Below, one piece after another: positions 13,974 to 26,574 of a DNA stretch of 64,000 nt. How positions within the stretch are numbered: position 1 is the first letter of the stretch; each line of letters opens with the position of its first letter. The DNA is taken from the NCBI GenBank assembly GCA_951406725.2, contig OX597816.1:121210001-121274000 (forward strand), in the 5' to 3' direction. The notes beneath the pieces were generated by a model that worked only from the letters and a program-made list of their open reading frames with translations, did no database searches and was not told the origin of the DNA. The stretch comes from Octopus vulgaris (lineage: Eukaryota). The position numbers were made by a program, and so were the translations under genes.

Positions 13974-14384
13974 GTTATAGGTGATGGTAGTAGTAATAGT
14001 AGTAGATGGTTGCAGTGGCGGTCGTGTCGTTGTTGTTATCTGTTTAGCTGCATAACCAGACTGTCAAAAACTGACACGATATGTTAAGTGCACCGTCTGT
14101 TTTGTTTATTTGTTTATTTGTTTATTTGCTTGCTTGTTTAGCGGAGGAGTTATTTCAGTCTTCAAACGAAAAAAAAAAAATCTTCCTGGTTACAATGGCA
14201 CAATCCCAGCTATTGAGGAATGGCGTAAAGTTACACCGGTTACCCATTCAACTTTCACACCGTCTTGTTTTATTCCTGCCACTAATTCTATCTAGCGGGA
14301 TAGGTGTCCACATATTGCATTTCAAAAGCTTCTGATATTTATGTGTGTAAGTGTGTGGTTCTAGTACAGGTCTACCTGAACGCT

Positions 14385-14461
<77 letters not shown>

Positions 14462-14691
14462 ACACATAAACAGACGCACATCGACGCACGCACAGACATA
14501 GACACAGACACACACACAAACACGCACGTGCACATACACGCACACACATACACACACACATAGAAACACCCCCCACCCACACACACACAAACACATATAC
14601 ACACAAATACACACATCCTTTATCTTTTACTTGCTTCAGCATCGTCGCACTCAAATGACTGAAACAAATAAAAGAATAGAAAAATAAAAGG

Positions 14692-14730
<39 letters not shown>

Positions 14731-14758
14731 TTTATACATACATGCACTTATGTGTATA

Positions 14759-15726
14759 TACGAACAACGAAAGAAACAAATGGAAAACAAAACAAGCAAC
14801 ATAAAGAACGACTCTTCATCAGTTGTCGGCTGTTTTTCTACTCCATATTTCGGGCAATTCAATGTTCCGTGACGTCCTGTACCGAAATATGCATATGTAT
14901 ATACATATATGTGTAATTATGTACATATATGTATGTATATATGCATATGTATGTATATATATTTAAAAATTATTATAAGACTGAATGCCACACATCCATT
15001 TCAAAGTAAGATTTATTTTAATAATTTCGATGCGACTCTTATTCTATTACTATCTCTGTTCATAATTCTCGCTTCTTTTCTCTAATTCATTCCATTTCCC
15101 CTTCTCTCCCTTTCGTGCTTTCTCTCTCATCCTTTCTCTAATTCTTTTCCTCTCCCCTTCACCGTTCTCTGTCTCTCCCTCTCTCTCCCTCACTTTTCCT
15201 CCATTGCTCCCTCGCTGCTCGCACGTGACAATCGGCCATCTTTCGTTTCCTAACTTGAGTTTCTTTCTTTCCGATCAGTGGCAGTGATCAGACACATTCT
15301 TGTCTGTTTCCTGTCAAAGCTTGTTCCTCCAACGTTCGCCACCTCATTTCGTTAAGGCTTAGATGCCCTTTCTGTTTGTTTCACTGCCCTGTTTTTATTA
15401 CCAACTTTGAACCTCCGCAAAATCCCATATTTTATTTAATTTGCTTTGCAGGAACAATGTTTTGTCGAAGACGTATCTTGTCGTGAATTGCTCGAAATAC
15501 CGATTAGGAAAACAGCCGACAACTGATGAAGGGCTGTTCTTTATGTGGATTGTCTTGTTTTCCATTTGTTTCTTTCGTTGTTCGTAAACAAATGTTCGTA
15601 TTCTTTGTTTTCGTATTTCGTACTTCTTGTTGTTTCCGTATTTCATGTTTACGTTCTATGACGTCCTGTACCCATATATGCATATGTATATACATATATG
15701 TGTAAGTATGTACATATATGTATGTA

Positions 15727-15730
<4 letters not shown>
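14759..15730. mobile_element. Penelope-like pseudo-LTR arrangement (inverted plus direct repeats), non-coding
   Basis: 14759-14861 is an inverted copy of 15484-15586; 14864-14945 is a direct copy of 15652-15725; ends in (TA)n. The class is inferred from geometry only. Confidence 0.5.
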
Positions 15731-15799
<69 letters not shown>

Positions 15800-15854
15800 G
15801 AAATATTAAAATTACTAAGTCTCTATAAAAGAGATTATGGCAGCGTTTACTGGA

Positions 15855-16146
15855 AATTAATTGTTATCGCCATATTAATATGGCATTCTTATAGATATAA
15901 GAATAATCGCTGCCATGGTCAGCTCCATGAGGCCACCGCCATCAAGATAGATATTGATACACGATCTGTATCCATTATAACCTTCGAACTGGCAGTGTGA
16001 AGCGGCTGACCTCCCTTGTTCGAAGGTTATAATGGATACAGATCGTGTATCAATAGCTATCTTGATGGCGGTGGCCTCATGGAGCTGACCATGGCAGCGA
16101 TTATTCTTATATCTATAAGAATGCCATATTAATATGGCGATAACAA

Positions 16147-16152
<6 letters not shown>
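15855..16152. repeat. Near-perfect 135-bp inverted repeat with 28-nt spacer
   Basis: Arms 15855-15989 and 16018-16152, one mismatch seen; lies between (TA)n arrays. Confidence 0.95.
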
Positions 16153-16210
<58 letters not shown>

Positions 16211-16344
16211 TGGTAATAGTTTGCTTACCAACCACATGGTTCCGGGTTCAGTTCTACCTTGGGGTAGGTGTCTTCTACTGAAGCCTCAGGTCGACCAAAG
16301 CCTTTTGAGGTGGATTTGGTCGACGGAAACTGAGAGAAACCCGC

Positions 16345-16387
<43 letters not shown>

Positions 16388-16789
16388 TAGATATTTATAT
16401 ATATATATATATGTATGTATGTAAATATATACGTATAAGTGTGTGTATGTTTGGATGTGTGAATCGAGGATGTTTAAGTTATCGCGAAACATGACTTCAT
16501 GACTCATACTTAAGGAGGATAAGAAAGATTCGCCACCCAATCCCAGTGGTATATTTGTATATTAATTAACTTCGCAAAAGCCGAGAACAAATCATTTCTA
16601 AGAAAATTTAAAGCAATATTTAACAATAAGATTAGGAAATGAAAGCAACACTCAAAACTCGCAGGGATATATAACATACACATACACGTGCACGCATGCA
16701 CATGCATGTGCGTGTATATGTATGTATATATGTGTGTATGTATGTATGTATCATGTATGTATGTATGTGTATATGTATGTATGCATATA

Positions 16790-16993
16790 CGAGGGGCTGC
16801 TGAAAAGTTCTTGGCTTTGGGTAAAATAAACTACGGGAGGATCAGTTGAGTATGATTTTATACAGTATATTCACACACTTATTGCAGCGATCCTTCAGTT
16901 TTTCTAAGCCCTGTAAAAGAACTCGGGAGGTCTGACCTCCAACATGGCTTTTCGCGGTGCCTTAAAAGCAAAGAACTTTTCAGCACCCTATCG
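16790..16993 (-). mobile_element. Mariner-derived MITE, copy 3
   Basis: TA|CGAGGGGCTGCTGAAAAGTTC ... GAACTTTTCAGCACCCTATCG|TA. Confidence 0.85.
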
Positions 16994-17060
16994 TATATGC
17001 GTGTGTGCGTTTATCTATCTATTAATCTATTTTTCTTTATCTAAGCCATTGTCTACACAC

Positions 17061-17110
<50 letters not shown>

Positions 17111-17126
17111 TACATACATACATACA

Positions 17127-17160
<34 letters not shown>

Positions 17161-17920
17161 CATACATACATACATATATACGTACATATGTACATACATA
17201 CATACATACATAAATACATATTTTCTCGGTGTTCATAATTGAAACTACTTTATAATCGAAACGTCACCTGTGTATCATACCTACCATATATACACCATTG
17301 ACAGACATGATGCTTTAGTGTTTATCAGAAAGAAAATTTCTTCATAGACGTTGGGTTGAAAATCTTTTAGACATCCTTGTAGCCACGATTCACGGGAAAG
17401 CCAGACGAGTTTCACTCTCCTTGGGGGCTTGTCAATGGTATGTACCCTGTAGTCACGCGCTTACACGAAATTTGACAACTCTGATATATAGCAAATACGG
17501 AATCATACAATGAGGCGTGCCATGGAATAGTGCTACATATACATGCACATACATTTATTATGATGACGATGATGATGACGATCATGACGATGATGATGAT
17601 AATGATGATGATGATGATGATGATGGTTGTCCATTCGTGCTCAAGAAAGACCATTACTGACCATTGTTCATGCAAAATGTCAGCAATGCCCGTGCATAAG
17701 GTTATTGCACCAGAATTCGTCTTCACCTGGGTTCGCGTCCGCGGTTTCCATGCTTACTGCAGCACCTTCCTACCTCGACCGGACATCGGATAGTCATATC
17801 CACCCTCCGCCCGCTGGCTATTGCACAATCTGAAATTTTAGGTCCAATAGGGGTTGCACAGCACCTCATTTTTAAATAGCATCTCTCTCATTCGATTGAC
17901 TACACGGAAATTCATCCTTT

Positions 17921-18006
17921 CCTCTGACAAGTGGATGTATTACCCAATAATTATCAATTTTTGATTTCATTTCGAAGGGTAATACATTCATGAAACGGTC
18001 GTAAGA
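17921..18006 (+). ncRNA. Decayed type I hammerhead motif
   Basis: CTGACAA (one change from CTGACGA), 15-bp stem II GTGGATGTATTACCC/GGGTAATACATTCAT, GAAA, CGGTC GTA; stem I is weak. Confidence 0.55.
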
Positions 18007-18130
18007 TACCTTAAACCTTTTAAATAATCATACTTCATATATTTATCTATTACTACAATATTATTTATATTATGGACGTATATCTTCTGTGATTTTTTAA
18101 TGTAATTTTTCCTGCTCTTACTGTATAATG

Positions 18131-18187
<57 letters not shown>

Positions 18188-18350
18188 GTGTGTGTATGTA
18201 TATGAACATATATATTTATAGGTATGTATACATGTACATGTATTTATGGATACATGTATGTGTGTACGCGTACATATAGTGTGTGCATCAGTTGTGTGTA
18301 TACGTGCTCTTTTTACCTGGAATAAAATACACTCCCATAATGCCTAAAAG

Positions 18351-18394
<44 letters not shown>

Positions 18395-19138
18395 ATATAC
18401 ACTTAAAGAGAAATAGATATAGGATGAGTAGAAATAGCAGAAGATAAATATGATGATAGACAGAAAAGCTGGGAGAGAGCGAAAGTAGGAAAGAGACAGA
18501 CAGAGAAATCGTAGTAAATATAAAAAGAAGCAGATGCGGTATCATTACAAGGCAGACCTACATTTATTTTTCTGTAAAAGGTTGTTCACCTGTTCGTGAT
18601 CGCGATTCGTACGTGAATACTTTTCCCGTACTATAACTTCCAGCTTCATTATCATCATCGCCATCATCGTTGTTGTCGTCCAACTTTGACGTTGGTATCT
18701 TAATCGTTGTTATCATCGTTGACATCATCATTATCATCATCGTCGTCGTCGTCGTCGCCGTCGTCGTCATCGCTCTCGGCGGTGGTGGCGGTGATTGGAG
18801 TATCGCGGTAGTGGTGACGCATGATTGTGGCACACATTGTATATCGGAAAATCCGATTGAAAATAGCCAGGACTTGCAGGTAGGTATTCTCTTGCAAAGA
18901 TATTTACAGTGAGGACCAGAGGTCAAATCTGGGGGATTCCTAGTTAAAAAAAAAAAAAGCTGCTAAATCACCCACCAGTTACACACAAGTAACTTAAAAA
19001 CCAGAAAGCAATGGAAAATATGCACTATATGCTTAGTACCTCGTAATGCTATTTTCTGTGTATGCATAATTATAAATCCAGGCGCTTTGGTTAAATATTT
19101 GCTCGCACGACTTTTTAATCTGTCACAAAACACCTGTT

Positions 19139-19400
19139 TCACATTTCACATCCGAGTTACGTATTAGAAGTATGATTTTTTAAAAGATCCTTCTCAAGTT
19201 ACCTATTCCCCATCCCACATTCGATTTGCGTATTCGATATATGATTTTACAATTCACACCCTACGCTCGAGTTACGAATTTTATGTGAGATTTTTAAAAA
19301 ATCATTCTGAACGTACGTATATCACACCTCACATCCGGGCTATGAATTTGATGTAAGATATTTTAATCCTTCACAAAATAATTTTTTTACACTCCACACT
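19139..19400. repeat. Degenerate minisatellite with alternating ~69 and ~46 bp units
   Basis: A TCACAyyyCACATCCGAGTTACGwATT-like unit start recurs at about 19139, 19208, 19254 and 19323. Confidence 0.6.
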
Positions 19401-20650
19401 CAGGTTATCTCTGTCTCAGACCTTTATATTTCTTCATTTTATCCTTATAATATTTCTTCATTTTATCCTTGTCATGTGTAGGAACTGACAGTTCGCTCAG
19501 GAGGCACTTCTTTCTTGGTAATCTTTCACTACAATACCTAGTTGAATCATCTTGATCTCTCCCTTGCTGTATATATTGACTATTTAATGCGATTTGAAAT
19601 CCTTCATATAGGCGTAGGAGTGGCTGTGTGATAAGTAGCTTGCTTACGAACCACATGGTTTCGGGTTCAGTCCCACTGCGTGGTACCTTGGGCAAGTGTC
19701 TTCTACTATAGCCTCGGGCCGACCAAAGCCTTGTGAGTGGATTTGGTAGACGGAAACTGAAAGAAGCCCGTCATATATATGTATATATATATGTCTGTAT
19801 GTGTGTGTGTATATGTTTGTGTGTCTATGTTTGTCCCCCCCCCAACATCGCTTGTCAACCGATGCTGGTGTGTTTACATCCCCGTAACTTAGCGGTTCGG
19901 CAAAAGAGACCGACAGAATAAGTACTAGGCTTACAAAGAATAATCCTGGGGTCGCTTTGCTCGACTAAAGGCGGTGTTTCAGCATGGCCACAGGTAAATG
20001 ACTGAAACAAGTAAAAGTGTAAAAGAGTAAGAGTAAAGACTATCCCAACTTATAACAGTTTTGTCACTCTTTGAGACTTTTTTCTTGGTGTATGCCTATA
20101 CCGTATCTTTCTGTCTGTATTCGATAACACTGGCTCAACTTCTAGCGTATGTCGGCTCTAACTCTATCATGCTTGTGGATGTATTCTTTCTTGGCAAAAA
20201 CTGACCAGTTAGAAACAATATGGTTAATTGTTTCTACTTTATCTTCGCATATTCTCTAGTTACATGCTTTTTGTAAGTTTCTGAAGGAAAGGCTTTGATT
20301 CTTTACTGCGATTTGAAATCCTTCACTTTCAGCTTTGAGACCTTCGCTTCTCACTTAATCTTATGAACTTTCTTTGTAGATTTCAGATCAGTTTTTTAAA
20401 TATATTTTTGCTATAGAAATGCTTTTCTTCTTCTCCTCTTTTTACCATGTCATTCTGTAGCCCTATTTTTTATGTATATCTTAGATTTTAACTTTCTCAG
20501 ATATTTTGTTGTTGCTTCCTCTTTTTCTTTATAACCATCTGTCATTTCAACTCTATGCTCTATCTTTTTGGTTTCTTCGAAAACAGAGAACAGAAAACAG
20601 TATTTTGTTTGTTCCTGTTTTCTTAATATTTGGTAGCTATTTTTAGTATG
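19390..20650 (-). mobile_element. Old, degraded R4/Dong-type fragment (family-1-like), interrupted by a SINE
   Basis: Minus-strand remnants LFSVFEETKK..EEATTKYLRKLKSKI, SEGLKAESEGFQIAVKNQSL and KKCLLSELSVPT align by eye with the 23.3-kb ORF. Confidence 0.7.
19611..20038 (+). mobile_element. SINE family A, near full length
   Basis: Head GGCGTAGGAGTGGCTGTGTG, B-box-like GGGTTCAGTCCC, internal TA/TG tract, repeated GTAAAAGA tail. Confidence 0.92.
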
Positions 20651-20659
20651 AGTTACTTT

Positions 20660-20720
<61 letters not shown>

Positions 20721-20721
<1 letters not shown>

Positions 20722-21362
20722 TTGCAAAAACCTGGATTTGCCCCATGAAAAAAAAACTGGTGGGAACACAAACCACCTCCAGTGCTTGAAAATGACCACA
20801 TCTCACTCCTCTGGAACTTCACCATTCAAACTGACAGAAAGATAGATGCAAATAGGCCAGACATCATATTGAAAGACTTCAGACAAAGAACATGCCTCCT
20901 CATTGATATGACTGTCCCAATCGATATAAACGTATCTGTCAAGACCTACCAAAAACTGAGCAAATATAAAGATCTTGAAATAGAAATCAGCAAAATGTGG
21001 AAGCTGAAGACTAAAACAATACCTGTTGTCATAGGTGCCATGGGAATGATAGCAAAAGGGGCTGATTGCTACCTAACTCAGATACCAGGAAACCCCAAAA
21101 TGGCAGAAATTCAAAAGATAGTACTCATGGGAACTGCTCATATCCTATGCAAAATACTTTCTATGTAATCTCAAGTTTTAAAACAAACATAATTTTCGTT
21201 TTTTGTTTTGTTTTTTTTTTTGACATTCACTAGTACAACACAAAAAAATATATAGCACACTAGGCATAACAACAAAATGAACTTCCAACCTGTTGTCTCT
21301 TGAAGTCTCTGGGTGAGACTTGGAGCCAACTTGTACAAATATAAAACAAAAGTCAAACATAG
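20721..21362 (+). mobile_element. R4/Dong-type retrotransposon 3' fragment (family 2) inserted in (TAA)n
   Basis: ORF 20782-21168 has ANRPDIILKD..LIDMTVP..KLSKYKDL (PD-(D/E)xK endonuclease); near-identical to the 36.9-kb copy; (TAA)n on both sides. Confidence 0.93.
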
Positions 21363-21384
21363 AATAATAATAATAATAATAATA

Positions 21385-21598
21385 GTCCTTTCTATTAAAG
21401 ACACAAGGCCTGAAATTTGGAGGGGGGGCAAGTCGATTACATTGACCCCAGTACGTAACTGGTACTAATTCCATTGACGCCAAAAAGATGAAAGGCAATG
21501 TCGGCCTCGGCGAAATTTGAACTCAGAACATAAAGACAGACGAAATGCCACTGAGCATTTTGCCCAGTGTTTATCGATTATGCCAGCAGACTGCCTTC
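21385..21598 (-). mobile_element. SINE family B
   Basis: Reverse-complement homology to 4533-4745; its tail merges with the (TAA)n at 21363. Confidence 0.8.
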
Positions 21599-21615
21599 AC
21601 AGCAACAACAACAAC

Positions 21616-21660
<45 letters not shown>

Positions 21661-23177
21661 AATAATTATGATTGCTTACGAAATAGACGTGTTTTACAAA
21701 TTAGTTTCAAAGATAAGGGTTTTACTACGACATAGGAATTTTACCAAAAATACTCGCATTTAGATAACTTCATGCAGTTTGGACTTTTCCCTTTCGGGAG
21801 AGAAAAAAGAGAAAATTGAGTTATATTTTGGGACAAACTTTTATTTTGCCTGTCACATCGTCACGCTCCGAAAAAGAAAACTCAAAATATGTACAAAATA
21901 ATACATTTCACACACAGAAAACAAAAACCTCAATATTCTAATTAAATTGTGACGACGCAAAATATTAATAATATACAAGAACTAAAATAAACCACACATT
22001 TTATCCATACTGAGCAGAAAACTTATCAACAACAAGAAGCTTATATGTCTACCTATTGCTTCGAGTGAAAACAAAAACAACGTTAAATTGTCTTTGTCTT
22101 GTGTTGCGTCGAACAGAAAAACTCTTAATATAAAACATTAGCACACCGAATTGGGCCCAGTCTTCCACAATCTGTTATAAAAGCCCGTGAGAGGAGAAAA
22201 TTAATGTATCTGTCTTACAAAAAATACAAGATTTTGATCTCATCCAAACGCGAATTGAGGACTGCCCTGAAAAATATTTTAAGGAACGCATCCTTCATTT
22301 AAAAACTGAGGATGGGGCGAAATAGTACTCGATATGGCTGTCTATAAATTGACTCGGAGGAAGGAGAAACAGATAGGCCACTATCAAAGATTTCAGAAAC
22401 AATGTCATCCTCTATTTAGTTGTTACCTTTGTGGCACTATATGGACAGGTGATTAGTGCAGAAGTACCATTTGGTGATATGTGGTCTGGTCACCATACAA
22501 ATCCTCGTGAAAATGGTGTAACAGACAAAAAACTGTGTCCTGCAGAGGGTGCTGAGAGGAAGGCCTTAAAACTCAGTAGACCCAGTTATTTCATATGAGA
22601 AAGCAACCCCCATTGAAAAGCTTCAATCCAAAAGATCGAAAACGACGATAAATCCTGGAGGTTGTCCGCCCTAGGATGACAGCTAGTGAGTCAGCAAATT
22701 AAACTGCCCCGCCCTAAAACAAAATGTGAGGTGAAGTACACTTCCCGCAAAGAAGAAAATCTATTACACCAAGGAAGGAAAACCATGTCCTGTGAGGTGG
22801 CCCTTCACTTGCCCAATAGAACGCAAGAAGTCATTGGAATCTCAAGCAAAAAATAATAGAGAAGGAAACAAGGTGTATGTCTTATCGCAGAAGTGGGGGC
22901 AGCTTGATCAATTTGGAACTGAAAGTTTTATTTTTATATATATCTTGTTTTAATTATTGTATATTTTATCATAATTTTTGTATTATTTTTGTATTTTTCT
23001 ATTTGTATTCTAAATATTTTTTGTATGTATTGTTTTACAAATTTTAAATTCGTCCAATTATATTTTGGATAACATCTTTTACTTCTCCTGTCCCCACCAC
23101 ACACATTAGCTTGTATTTTCTGTATCTTTTCGAACCTTCGTGGCTAATGAAGATAATTATTGTTGTTGTTGTTGTTG

Positions 23178-23233
<56 letters not shown>

Positions 23234-23236
<3 letters not shown>

Positions 23237-24322
23237 TAGTTTTATTTTTATAGCGTGCTTTCACTTCACTATCGAGCGCAGCTCTGTGTGCCTTGGGTAT
23301 GTGCTGTGATTTGTTGTGATGCTCTGATGGTTATTGTATGGAAAGTGTTCTGCGTAGGATGTGTGCAGTGCCTAGTAGTGCAATTTTCTGTATGTTATAT
23401 GTGTTTGTAAGTCCTGGTGTTTTTGATATGTATTTGTCTGAATATTTTTTTATCATGCCTAATGCACCTACTATGATAGGAATTGTTTCTGTTTTCAGAT
23501 TCCACATTCTAGTTACCTCTATTTCCAGGTCTTTGTATTTTGAGAGTTTCTCCATTTCTTTTAGAGACACGTTGTCATCTGCCGGTATTGATACATCAAT
23601 TAGAAAGCATTTTTTTTCTTCATGATCTCTGACAAGTATATCTGGTCTGTTGGCCTTAATTTCTCTATCTGTGTGTATCGGCATATCCCAGAGTATGGTT
23701 ACTTTCTCGTTTTCTGTGACCTTTTCTGGTGTGTGCCTATACCATCTTTTTTCTGTTGTTATTCCATAATGTTGGCATAGCTTCCAATGTATGTAGGTTC
23801 CAACTCTGTCATGTCTGTGAATATATTCCTTCTTAGCCAGGACTGGGCAGCTAGAGATAATATGATTTATTGTTTCTTGTCCATCTCCACATATTCTGCA
23901 GTTACTTGTAATATTTCTTTTCATTACATGTTTTTGGTAATTTCTGGTGGGGAGGCTTTGGTCTTGTGCTGCAATTAAAAATCCCTCTGTTTCTGCTTTG
24001 AGTCCTGAGCTTCTCAACCATTGCTGGGATTTTTCTTTGTCTATTTCTTTTGCGTTTAGTTTAGTCCAGTATTTACCATGAAGGGGCTTTTCTTGCCATC
24101 GTTTTATCATGGTTCGTTGCTGTTCTATTTTTAGTTTGGATTTCATTTGTTTTATAGCTTTTGTTGTTTCTTCATCTTCTTCTTCTTGTTCTTTATATTT
24201 ATTAGGTGGTATGATTTCTTGTTTGTATTTGTCAGCTTCCTTAAATACTGAGAACAGTTTTTTGTTTTGCTCGTGTTTTGCCGCTATTTGTATCAGTTTT
24301 CCTTCCTTCTGAAGTAGATATT
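23234..24322 (-). mobile_element. R4/Dong-type retrotransposon 3' fragment (family 1), open ORF, inserted in (TAA)n
   Basis: ORF has GLKAETEGFLIAAQDQ, CCHC finger CRICGDGQETINHIISSC, RHD, NRPDIL..LIDVSIP..KLSKY; arrays at about 23180-23233 and 24323-24373. The ORF-track N-terminus upstream of 24322 is microsatellite/SINE sequence. Confidence 0.95.
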
Positions 24323-24377
24323 TTATTATTATTATTATTGTTATTATTATTATTATTATCATTATTATTATTATATA

Positions 24378-24585
24378 AGGGTAGCGAGCTGGCAGAATTG
24401 TTAGCGTGTCGGGCAAATTGCTGAATGACATTTCTGAGTTCAAATACCAACTAGGTCGACTTTAACTTTCATCATTTAGCGGAGTCGATGAAATAAGTAC
24501 CAACTGAGCACTGGGGCCAATGTAATCGTTTAACCCTCCCCAAAAATTTCAGGCCATGTGCCAGTAGAAAAATAAATATTATCAT
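24378..24585 (+). mobile_element. SINE family B
   Basis: GGTAGCGAGCTGGCAGAATTGTTAGC head and CTTTCATC..GATGAAATAAGTACCA core. Confidence 0.8.
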
Positions 24586-24799
24586 TAAAGTTATTACTTT
24601 GTTGTATTGGTGTTATGGCCGGTTTAAGTATGTTACCTACTGAATCCTAGCCTGTAGTCTTAGACAAGGAGCATTTTGTGGTTTCTCTATAAAATGTTTT
24701 CCTGTTCTTTATGTTTGATCTTGCTTTATACTGAGAACTTACCCGAATTTGCTCCCTGAACCAAATAAACGTGTTTTATGTGCCCGATCCCAGATTAAG

Positions 24800-25640
24800 A
24801 TCAAGTTTTTCAAGACTTGCTCTCAAATTCTTAGTCACTCTTCCCAGTGCTTCAATGATAATTGCTACGATCATAAACTTATTAATCTGTTTGTTCTAGC
24901 TTTATTTCATACTTTAAGTTAGTATACTGGTTAACTCTAACGTCAACAGAACATACCACATCGATTACAATATATAGTTTCTTCTTAACAACGACTTCAA
25001 CATCCGGATTGTTGCATTCTATTCTTAATCTTTTACGGGAGTTTTATGGGAAAGTCTATTAACAATCTCACTTTATCATTTTCAAGGGCTTTCATTTTTA
25101 TTCGTACAAAATGGTTTTAGTTCTTTTCTTTGTATGCAAAACCATATTCCCTGCAATAATTCCACTGAATTATTGCAGCAATTTTTTCATGCCTACATTT
25201 TTTGCATTTTTATTGTCAACATTTCGATACGATACAAGCTATTGTATCATCCGAATCACCGCATATGCAACATTGAAACAAATGGCCCGGCGAATCAATC
25301 ATCCTTTTTATTTAATCCACGCCCAGAGACTATTCCTGTGCTGCTAAATCCTTCCTCCATGCCTTTTTTTAAATTTTGTTAAAACTCCATTTTTTAAAAC
25401 CAGAGCCAACTTTCCTTACCACCTTTCATTTCTGTTGTGCTGAAAAACCCGAATGAATGTTCTTTCCATCAAAGTCTGATGAACTCTTTTCTATATCTTC
25501 CCATTTTACCTACAAATTCTGTCTATCACCCATTACTTATTTCGTACTTAAGGCGAATTTCTTTCTTCGTTCTTTTAAATAAAAACATATACTTATCTTT
25601 TCTAATTCTACTACCGCATCGTTAACCATCAGCTCTTTTT
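24800..25640 (-). mobile_element. Degraded R4/Dong-type retrotransposon fragment
   Basis: Minus-strand remnants CCICGDSDDTIACIVSKC, RHEKIAAIIQWNYC and CNNPDVEVVVKKKLYIVIDVVC, with many stops. Confidence 0.75.
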
Positions 25641-25699
25641 CAGTATAACTAGTCTACATCTGAACGGCTAGTCATATGTTTCGTTGTATGTGTATGTAC

Positions 25700-25747
<48 letters not shown>

Positions 25748-25749
<2 letters not shown>

Positions 25750-25848
25750 AGGCGCAATGGCTAGGACAGCGGACTCGTGGTTGTAGGATCGCGGTTTCGA
25801 TTCTCAGACCGAGCGTTGTGAGTGTTTATTGAGCGAAAACACCAAAAG
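25748..25848 (+). mobile_element. SINE head related to family C
   Basis: GGAGGCGCAATGGC..GGTTTCGATTC..GTGTTTATTGAGCGAAAACAC. Confidence 0.6.
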
Positions 25849-26498
25849 CCCGGAAACAGCTGTAAGATCTTCTATTTATAAATGTTCTAAAATCTTCACA
25901 GCCTTGATCTTTTATCTCATTCTGAAAAAAATTTACATGTATATATATATATATATATATATAAGTACGTATATATAACTATATATAGAACGTGTATTTG
26001 TGTGTGTTTGTGTCTTTGTGTGTGTATGTGTGTGTGTGTGTGTGTGTGTGAGGGACCATGTAGAGTCCACACCTTGTTGGCTCGTCTTACAGGAGATTGC
26101 AAACAAGAATGAACTGCGTTGTGGATGTAGTAGTAGTAGTAGTAGTAGTAGTTGGTGATAGTGGTGGCGGCGGTGGTAGTATTGCTATTATCGTCACAAA
26201 CGTTTTTGTTGCTGTTTCATCCATTGTAAATCAAAAAAAAAAAAAAAGGAAAAGGAAAAAAAGAAAGTCGCCAGCGGTAGAAACTAGTGATATTAAAATG
26301 GTATTGTGTTTAACAACAAATACAAATAAATAAACAAACAAACACAAACAAACAACAAAGGTACAATACTAAACAGCAAAAATACAAATACATGTTCACT
26401 GCACTACCTTTTCAGTGGCCAAAAGCTCCTTGATCAGTGTTCCAAAGTTTAGAGGAGTGGGTTTATATCATGAAAGGTATTATATATTACAAAAGTTA

Positions 26499-26574
<76 letters not shown>

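Noticed and set aside
16460-16499. tgaa TCGAGGA..GAAA cat GAC ttca hammerhead-like string
   Set aside because: Three core deviations and no stem II; it cannot be distinguished from chance.
19139-19400. Repeat-spacer pattern as a CRISPR array
   Set aside because: Eukaryotic context, degenerate repeats, related spacers and no cas genes.
19611-19690. tRNA-like sequences (SINE heads)
   Set aside because: A/B-box-like motifs are present, but there is no full cloverleaf and they continue into SINE bodies, so they are not tRNA genes.
22200-23155. Possible decayed L1/Tx1-type LINE ending at the (ATT)n array
   Set aside because: Only a vague resemblance and no clear protein motif, so it is not listed as a feature.
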